From the IMG/VR virus record IMGVR_UViG_3300037493_005316: a stretch of 64,000 nucleotides of DNA; one strand, given 5' to 3'. The first letter of the stretch is position 1. Each line of letters starts with the position of its first letter. The translations under genes were made by a program, and so were the position numbers. This document shows, piece after piece, positions 57,989 to 64,000 of the stretch. The DNA comes from an uncultured virus (IMG/VR IMGVR_UViG_3300037493_005316) (lineage: Duplodnaviria; Heunggongvirae; Uroviricota; Caudoviricetes). The notes under the pieces are model-generated. The model saw only the letters and a program-made list of their open reading frames with translations. It was not told the origin of the DNA and ran no database searches.

Positions 57989-59148
57989 CAGATGCCCCCG
58001 TTGCTGAAGCGCAGGATGTCCCGCACGGCGTTGTAGAGGTCCCCGAAGGTCTGCCCGTTACTGTCCGTGTAGAACGGGTCGCCGGGGTCGGTGGGGTCGA
58101 AGTCTCGGTCGGCAATCCGACGGAGATCGTTCTTTTCGAGACCGAACCTCTTGCCCAGCACATGAAGCCGTGCTCGATCTTCCGTGGTGAGGTCCCCGAT
58201 TTGTCCGGCTTGGGATACCGTGCGAATGATCGGGGTGGGGGTTGTGTCCCGAAGCCCCGCGCTTCCACGTCCCCCGCCACTGAGGCGGAATCGGCCGCCA
58301 GAGCCCCGCCCGGAACGCCAGTCGTCGGAGGCACCGTGGACGCCGCCGGAACGGTCGATGCGGTTCATACCCGCGAAACTTCCCATCCCGTCTTCCCAGG
58401 AGGTCGTCGTCTTCCGTTCGCACGTGAAGAATTCGCTCTTGTCCTCGACAACGTAGAAGATGCCTTCTTCCGCGTAGTACAGCGCGCGTTCCTTCACTTC
58501 GTAGGGGTACGAACGGGCGCGAGGCTCCTTGCCTTCCACGTGCACGGTGCCACCGAGGCCCGCCGCCGCAATCGCCGCCTTGATCGGGCTCTCGGTCGAG
58601 CACCAGATCACGCCAATCGGGGTCTTGTAGACCACGAGGTCGCCGTTCGCCCATCGGCCCATGAACATGCGCCCCGGCTGCGCGGTATCGGTGTAGACCA
58701 TCGCGCCGTAGCTGTTGATCTCGGAGAGATCCTTTCCCTCGTCAACGTGGGCGAGAAGGTGCATCGAGTCCACCTCGAACTTCCGGTCGTACTTCCGGTT
58801 CAGCTCTTCGTGGTTGCTGATCACGCCGTTGTGGAGTCCGACGATGCGGCCAATCTCGAACGGGTGCGCGTTCTCACGACTGATCGCCCCGTGGGTGGCG
58901 AATCGGGTGTGTCCCGACATCGCGGAGGGCATCGCGAAGATCGACAGATCCGCGTTGTCGATCGAACCTGTTTCCTTTTTGGTCCCGGTGCGCCCGTCTG
59001 CGAGGAAGCACATCACGCCCCACGACTGTCGACCCCGACCAACCACGCCTTGCGACAGGACGTAGAGGACGATCGCGCGCTGAGCGACTTCACGCGCGCT
59101 TGCGGGCTTGTCACCCGTCGTCCAGCTTGCTCCAAAGATTCCACACAT
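57988..59148 (-). CDS. class II (Ntn) glutamine amidotransferase domain protein
   Basis: MCGIFG; RGRQSWG; GHTRFATHG; NAHPF; HNGVI; VDS. Confidence 0.9.
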   Translation of the reverse strand: MCGIFGASWTTGDKPASAREVAQRAIVLYVLSQGVVGRGRQSWGVMCFLADGRTGTKKETGSIDNADLSIFAMPSAMSGHTRFATHGAISRENAHPFEIGRIVGLHNGVISNHEELNRKYDRKFEVDSMHLLAHVDEGKDLSEINSYGAMVYTDTAQPGRMFMGRWANGDLVVYKTPIGVIWCSTESPIKAAIAAAGLGGTVHVEGKEPRARSYPYEVKERALYYAEEGIFYVVEDKSEFFTCERKTTTSWEDGMGSFAGMNRIDRSGGVHGASDDWRSGRGSGGRFRLSGGGRGSAGLRDTTPTPIIRTVSQAGQIGDLTTEDRARLHVLGKRFGLEKNDLRRIADRDFDPTDPGDPFYTDSNGQTFGDLYNAVRDILRFSNGGI

Positions 59149-59159
59149 GAGGGATGCTC

Positions 59160-60185
59160 CTAGACGGTCGCGGTAGAGGGGAGGTGGCCGCCGACGGACG
59201 GCGTGAAGGTCGGGAAGCGAACGAGGGTCGCAGGGTCCGTCGTCTCGTCAAACTTCTGACGACGTTCCACGAGCCACTCAGCCGTGTCTTCCGTCGGACA
59301 GAGGAAAGTGAGCAGCACGTCCCACGGGTCGCGGGCGAGAAGCGCCTGAAGGTCGTCTTCGGTCATGTCGAAGGACCAGTCCACGATGGAGCCGACGAGC
59401 ATGGCCCAGGCCGTTACCTTGCGGTAGTTGACCGTTCCCGCCGCGCAGCGGAATTCGATGGTGCCGTGGGCCGCGAGCGATGTCGCGTTCAGGGAGCGGT
59501 ATCGGTCGCCGCTGATATTCCGGTTGAACGCTTCGATCCGGATGTTGTTGTTGCCCCAGGTCCGGTCCGAGATCGCGTTCACGAGCTGCGCGTTAAGGAG
59601 CGGGTTGGAAGGGCCAGCGATCCCCGCACGCTCAATTTGCGGCTGCATCGGCTTGCAATATTGGTTCGTGCGCCTCGACGTGGGAAGGCACTGGTAGATG
59701 GTCGCCTCGACGTGCGCCCAGACCAGAAGCAGTCGGCGCAGCTTTTGCGCGTCCACGTCGCGGGCGTCCACGTGGACATGGAAGCCGCACCGCTGATCGA
59801 CCGTGGCATGAGCCACGGTGAAGGCGTCCGTAAGCGCTTTGATCGTGTCGATGAAGTCGTCGCCCTTCGCGGGCTGCGTCGTGATCTCGCAGCCGTCGCC
59901 GACGCTACCGTCGTACTTGGCGGTCATCTTGTTGTGGCTTACCACCGTATCAATGGCGGAAGCGTCCGCCGCCGTCGTGGCGACTTCAAGCTCCACGGCG
60001 AGGTATCGGGTAACCGGGTTTCGGGCGAAGCCCGTATCCGGCCGGAAGATGATGCCCTGGTCGGAGGTGGACCGCCCGTCGTTGCACGAGGGGCAGTCGC
60101 AGCCGCCGGACGAACCGCCGGTCATAAGGACGTGGGTACGTCCTCCAGCAGTCGGGTGGGGCCTGTTGCGGGGGGTCGCAGGCAT
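59160..60185 (-). CDS. amidoligase (Amidoligase_2-like)
   Basis: YLAVELE; KYDGSV; CEITTQP; CGFHVHVDAR; RYRSLN; GTIEFR. Confidence 0.87.
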   Translation of the reverse strand: MPATPRNRPHPTAGGRTHVLMTGGSSGGCDCPSCNDGRSTSDQGIIFRPDTGFARNPVTRYLAVELEVATTAADASAIDTVVSHNKMTAKYDGSVGDGCEITTQPAKGDDFIDTIKALTDAFTVAHATVDQRCGFHVHVDARDVDAQKLRRLLLVWAHVEATIYQCLPTSRRTNQYCKPMQPQIERAGIAGPSNPLLNAQLVNAISDRTWGNNNIRIEAFNRNISGDRYRSLNATSLAAHGTIEFRCAAGTVNYRKVTAWAMLVGSIVDWSFDMTEDDLQALLARDPWDVLLTFLCPTEDTAEWLVERRQKFDETTDPATLVRFPTFTPSVGGHLPSTATV

Positions 60186-60235
60186 CGGGGTGGTTGCTCC
60201 AGCCGGGGGGGGTTGTTGTCTCGGCTTGTACCCTA

Positions 60236-60330
60236 TATGTAACCGATACGGTTACGGTTGTCAAGGGTCGATCTCACGGCTTCCCTAGAGACGGGTACGG
60301 GTACCCCCTCCCCCCCCCTGGGACCGAAAC
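60236..60330 (-). promoter_or_regulatory. conserved promoter cassette copy 4
   Basis: TTGACA(60264-59)-ACCGTAACCGTATCGGT-TACATA(60241-36); G/C runs ~60299-60318; GTTTCGG upstream. Confidence 0.8.
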
Positions 60331-60490
60331 TCATATCCCTAAAGGCACCTGCTAAGATTTACCGAAAATCTCGGCGTATCTTTATGGACGCGCGTGAGAT
60401 AACGCGGTAAAAACGCAACGCGGCAACGGGTAGTCCAGGAATACGCCGAACCACCCATGGGATCCGCGAGTACACAGGAAGGGTTTCCAC

Positions 60491-60802
60491 ATGGCGTCCA
60501 AGAAGAAGAGCGTTACGAAGTCGAACATCATCGCGGACATCACGAAGGCGACGGGCCTCAAGCGCGTCCAGGTCGCGGCGATCGTCGACGGCATTTTCGG
60601 CGCGAAGGGCATCATCGTGTCGTCCCTCAAGCAGGGCCGTTCGGTTTCCGTCGCGGGTTTCGGCAAGTTCTACCTGCACCACAAGAAGGCGACGCGGGCG
60701 GGCAAGAAGCTGATGTTCGGCGAGATGAAGCACGTGAAGGCCCATCCCGCGTCCGACGTGCCGAAGTTCAAGTACCTGAAGGCGGCGAAGGACGCGATCT
60801 AG
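60491..60802 (+). CDS. hup: HU/IHF-family histone-like DNA-binding protein
   Basis: TKSNIIADI..TGL..GRSVSVAGFGKF..PKFK..KDAI. Confidence 0.85.
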   Translation: MASKKKSVTKSNIIADITKATGLKRVQVAAIVDGIFGAKGIIVSSLKQGRSVSVAGFGKFYLHHKKATRAGKKLMFGEMKHVKAHPASDVPKFKYLKAAKDAI

Positions 60803-60830
60803 ATCGCGTTCGGCACCTTTTGCGGGTGTA

Positions 60831-60860
60831 ACGGGTCGAAGGGGTAACCTTTCGGCCCGT
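60831..60860 (+). terminator. hairpin after HU gene
   Basis: ACGGGTCGAAGGG-GTAA-CCTTTCGGCCCGT (13 bp with two G-U pairs); 18-bp palindrome over the stop codon (60792-60809). Confidence 0.5.
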
Positions 60861-60901
60861 ACTCGTTTCGGTGTTACGATACTCGAACACCGCGGGGGGA
60901 G

Positions 60902-61608
60902 AGCCATGGACGACAAGACCCGAAAACTCGCTATCGGGGGTATCGTCGTCGCGGCCGTAGGTACGGGTCTGTTTCTGGCTTGGAGCGGCTCACGTGCGGT
61001 AGAGCACACACGGTCTTCTCGCACGTCCACGCCGTCCACGCCACCGCCCCCGTCCCCCTACGGCTCAGGGACCGTCAGCGCGTTGATTTCGACGGCGCAA
61101 AGCTATGTTGGTGCGAAGGAAGAGCCTCCCGACAGTAATCGAGGACCGATCGTCGACAAGTTCAACGAAGGCACTGGAAGGGCTTGGTGTGCGTACTATG
61201 TATCGTATGTGATCCGGCAGATCGGTGTAGGTACGCGTAGTATCCCTTCGGTACTTTCGATCTACAACCGCGCAAAAGCTCTCGGAGTCCTGAGCACGAC
61301 GCCTTCTCCGGGGGCGGTGTTCTTGCAGATCAACGACGATAACGATCGGGACGGCGTGGACAAGGGTTTCAACCATACGGGTATCGTTACTGCGGTGCTA
61401 CCCGGCGGAATGATGTCTACCGTCGAGGGCAACATCTCCAACGTCGTCGGAACCCGCCAGCGTGCCGCAAGTGATGTGGACGGGTACGTTCCGTTCAGCG
61501 CACTCAGCCGCGTGTTCTCGTAGCCATGGACGACAAGACCCGAAAACTCGCTATCGGGGGTATCGTCGTCGCGGCCGTAGGTACGGGTCTGTTTCTGGCT
61601 TGGAGCGG
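60902..61608. repeat. 87-bp exact direct repeat (60902-60988 and 61522-61608) encoding the shared N-terminal anchor
   Basis: agccatggacgacaagacccg...ctggcttggagcgg identical. Confidence 0.9.
60906..61523 (+). CDS. CHAP-domain peptidoglycan hydrolase with N-terminal TM anchor
   Basis: AQSYVGAKE..SNRGP..AWCAYYVS..HTGIV..TVEGN. Confidence 0.82.
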   Translation: MDDKTRKLAIGGIVVAAVGTGLFLAWSGSRAVEHTRSSRTSTPSTPPPPSPYGSGTVSALISTAQSYVGAKEEPPDSNRGPIVDKFNEGTGRAWCAYYVSYVIRQIGVGTRSIPSVLSIYNRAKALGVLSTTPSPGAVFLQINDDNDRDGVDKGFNHTGIVTAVLPGGMMSTVEGNISNVVGTRQRAASDVDGYVPFSALSRVFS

Positions 61609-62158
61609 TTCGAGGGCTGTTGAAGCGGTCCGTACTTCACGTCCGAGTACGGGCCCCCGCACGTCCTCGTCAGGCCCTCCCCTGCCCCCGTCCTACAGCC
61701 TAACGCCGGTTTCGGGTTCGGTCCCGGGTGTGACGATCGCTCCGGGGATTCGACTTTCGGCGCGTCAGTGGAAATTCATCCAGACCCTCCGCGCCAACGT
61801 CCCCTCCTGGGTTCCGATCACCGTCACGAGTGGCCTACGTTCGATGGAACAGCAGACCCAGATCATGTGGGACTTCTGGAAAGAGAACGGGACCGATAAG
61901 TTCGTGGGGCTCTACAACGTCGCGGCGAAGAGGTTGATGACGCTCCCGTACTCCTCGTGGCCCGCCGAGATTCGGCACATGTACGAGACCGGAATCTTGC
62001 ATTCGGACGAGCACACGGGCGGTGGGGCGATCGACATCCACTACCGCACGTTGACCGGGGAGCAGCAGGAGCAACTCGTGCTCGGCGTCACGAAACTCGG
62101 TGCGAATCCCTTGATCGAGGATCCCCCGCTCCTGCACGTGAGCGACATTCCGGCGTAG
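61526..62158 (+). CDS. M15-like (LAS-fold) Zn peptidase with N-terminal TM anchor
   Basis: VTSGLRS..Q; SDEHTGGGAIDI; LLHVS. Confidence 0.65.
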   Translation: MDDKTRKLAIGGIVVAAVGTGLFLAWSGSRAVEAVRTSRPSTGPRTSSSGPPLPPSYSLTPVSGSVPGVTIAPGIRLSARQWKFIQTLRANVPSWVPITVTSGLRSMEQQTQIMWDFWKENGTDKFVGLYNVAAKRLMTLPYSSWPAEIRHMYETGILHSDEHTGGGAIDIHYRTLTGEQQEQLVLGVTKLGANPLIEDPPLLHVSDIPA

Positions 62159-62179
62159 CCGAAGGCGTCGGCGCCGCGG

Positions 62180-64000
62180 CTACCAGCGGTATTGCACCGT
62201 TGCGGGCGGGGTCCAAGGCATCGAGACGAGGCGGACGCTGGATCTACGGGCAAGGTTATGGGACAAAACCGATGCGCCCGTCGAAGCGGTCCAGTAGCGA
62301 CTCGCGCTTTTGGTGAAGAGATCCCCGCCGGGGACGCTGACAGTCGTTCCAATAGGGAGGTTGATGAGCTGTTCGGCCGTAAGCCCCACATCCGCCGCCG
62401 ATTCTTGGACGTCCGAGGACTCGGTCGAAAACGCGTCAGGGTCTCCGAAACGGTTAAACCACGAAGACGGCATCCCCACCTTGACCCAGTTGTACGCCCG
62501 AGCGTAGGAGTTGTGTACCATTGCCCCGATCGGTAGGGCGTCGAGTTCTGCGAGCGTGAGCCCCCCGTGTGCGGAAGGGGCCGCGACCTGCTTCACGTGA
62601 CGCAGCCCCTTCCGCACACGTGCGCCCTCGGATTCGGCGACGGCGTACAGCTTCCAGCGGCGCTTCAACCAGAGCTTCGTCCGCGTGTTCGGGGCCGCAT
62701 CAAGCAGTACCGAACGCGGGTTTTTCTGGATGAGTTGGAGCATTTTCTTGCGTGACATACCTTTCGACATGTCGGTGAAGGCCGCCCACAACATCCCCCA
62801 GCAGACCAGATCCTCAGCGTTCGACGTGCTCTCGAAAGCGCGGATCTCAACCGTGCCGAGGCGGAACAGGCTCATCCCGTTCAGCGCGAAGTACCTCTCG
62901 CCGGGACGGCGATCCGTTGCCCACTCTCCGGAGCCCGCCGAGAACAGAGTCACCTTTTCAGCGCGTCGAGCTTTCCCCGGCGTGCGAAGCCGTGGAGTTT
63001 CGTCTTCGATCCACGTTGCCGGAGCTTCTTCGCCACGCTCTCGGCCGAGGGCAGCGATCACGCGTTTCCGAGCTTCTTTTTCCAGGTCTTCTTGCGAAGC
63101 ACCTTCTCCCCCCGTACGTTTACGAGGATCGAGCGGGGCTCCTTCCCCCGCCTCTTCCATGTGCGAACGAGGTTCGGCCCATCCGCCGATCAACGTCGCT
63201 TGTCGCTCGGGACGCAGCGTGTCGAGGGCCGCGCGTTCGACGTGGTTCCAGAGCGTGAACATGCGCTTCAAGTCGACCCAGGAGAGGTCGCGAGCATCGA
63301 CATGCAGATGAAAACCTGTGTCGTAGTTCCCCGAGTGCGTGGCGACGACTTGGTCCTGAACGAGAGCAGAACAGAGTTCTTCCGCCTGTCTCACGAACGC
63401 GTCGCCGTTCGCGGGAGTCGTGATGATTTCCTTCCCCCGGACCGAGCCGTCGTGCTCGATCTTCATGTCCCACTTGTCCGCGACGAGTGCTACGACGGGG
63501 TCACCGTACCCCCTGCCCCCATGGTCGGTCTCGATCTCGCAGGTCAGGAAGCGACGGCTCTTGTTGATCTTGAAGCTGTCCGCGACGATCGCGGTCATGT
63601 CTTGGCGTCGGTTACGGTAGCCGAAGGCTACTCCACCCTCGTTGCGGCACTCCGCGTGGTTCGAGACGAGAGGCAGAATTTCTCGGAGCCGCGCGGGGGG
63701 CTCCTTTCGTAAGGATGAGACGTCAGCGAGCCGACAGGAGTAGGAGGTAGAGACCGCCTTTTCGGCAATCTCGGCGTACGTTGGCGTCCATTTCCGGAGG
63801 CCCGGAATCGTTGCACGAGGTTCTTCCCGTTCCCGAAGAGGCTCGAAGTCAGGTTCGTGTCCGGGGCAGTGGTCATCACAGCGATCATCACCTTCTTGGG
63901 AGCACTGAGCGCACTGGTTTTCTGTCGATTGTGTTTCGTTACAATGCTCGCAGTTGAAGCAGTCACCGGTGTTCGAGCAGCAGTCGGGGCACTCGTCGCA
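62180..64000 (-). CDS. amidoligase (Amidoligase_2-like) with Cys-rich N-terminus, 5' end beyond the window
   Basis: FLTCEIE; EHDGSV; GFHLHVDAR; YFALN; GTVEIR; frame stays open from 63598 to 64000 (CDECPDCC..CFNCEHC..CAQC). Confidence 0.85.
   Translation of the reverse strand, partial: CDECPDCCSNTGDCFNCEHCNETQSTENQCAQCSQEGDDRCDDHCPGHEPDFEPLREREEPRATIPGLRKWTPTYAEIAEKAVSTSYSCRLADVSSLRKEPPARLREILPLVSNHAECRNEGGVAFGYRNRRQDMTAIVADSFKINKSRRFLTCEIETDHGGRGYGDPVVALVADKWDMKIEHDGSVRGKEIITTPANGDAFVRQAEELCSALVQDQVVATHSGNYDTGFHLHVDARDLSWVDLKRMFTLWNHVERAALDTLRPERQATLIGGWAEPRSHMEEAGEGAPLDPRKRTGGEGASQEDLEKEARKRVIAALGRERGEEAPATWIEDETPRLRTPGKARRAEKVTLFSAGSGEWATDRRPGERYFALNGMSLFRLGTVEIRAFESTSNAEDLVCWGMLWAAFTDMSKGMSRKKMLQLIQKNPRSVLLDAAPNTRTKLWLKRRWKLYAVAESEGARVRKGLRHVKQVAAPSAHGGLTLAELDALPIGAMVHNSYARAYNWVKVGMPSSWFNRFGDPDAFSTESSDVQESAADVGLTAEQLINLPIGTTVSVPGGDLFTKSASRYWTASTGASVLSHNLARRSSVRLVSMPWTPPATVQYRW

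Noticed and set aside
1..64000. tRNA/rRNA genes, alternative genetic code, IS/transposase
   Set aside because: None recognised by eye; long ORFs close normally on TAA, TAG and TGA. A tRNA scan would be needed to exclude tRNAs fully

Overview
High-GC (~65%) DNA with dense, often ATGA/GTGA-coupled genes and no host housekeeping operons. It reads best as part of a large (jumbo-type) phage genome, probably infecting a Myxococcota host (a MYXO-CTERM-like protein is present); no capsid, terminase or polymerase gene falls in the window, so this assignment is an inference. Layout: (i) 1-9.5 kb, minus-strand Gly/Thr-rich virion/tail-fibre-like genes built from shuffled modules; (ii) 9.5-21 kb, 26-28.6 kb and 33.7-35.5 kb, plus-strand multidomain 'polyvalent' proteins (four Ser/Thr-kinase-like domains, ParB-like, ART-like, Cys-His-Asp, GNAT, metallophosphoesterase, 2H phosphoesterase, nucleotidyltransferase, zincin, hemerythrin, DUF5661-like, glycine zippers); (iii) runs of small hypothetical genes driven by a four-copy conserved sigma70-type promoter cassette; (iv) a UvrD-like helicase, HTH/RHH regulators and HU; (v) three amidoligases and two class-II glutamine amidotransferases, interrupted by two membrane-anchored peptidoglycan hydrolases. 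The most striking signal is a recurrent E-x-L motif (SERLP, EALRV, EPLAASTPND) at nearly every domain boundary of the polyvalent proteins, suggesting protease-processed, virion-packaged effector polyproteins. A structured ~180-nt non-coding leader is a second candidate novelty. All domain calls come from motif recognition by eye, not database searches.
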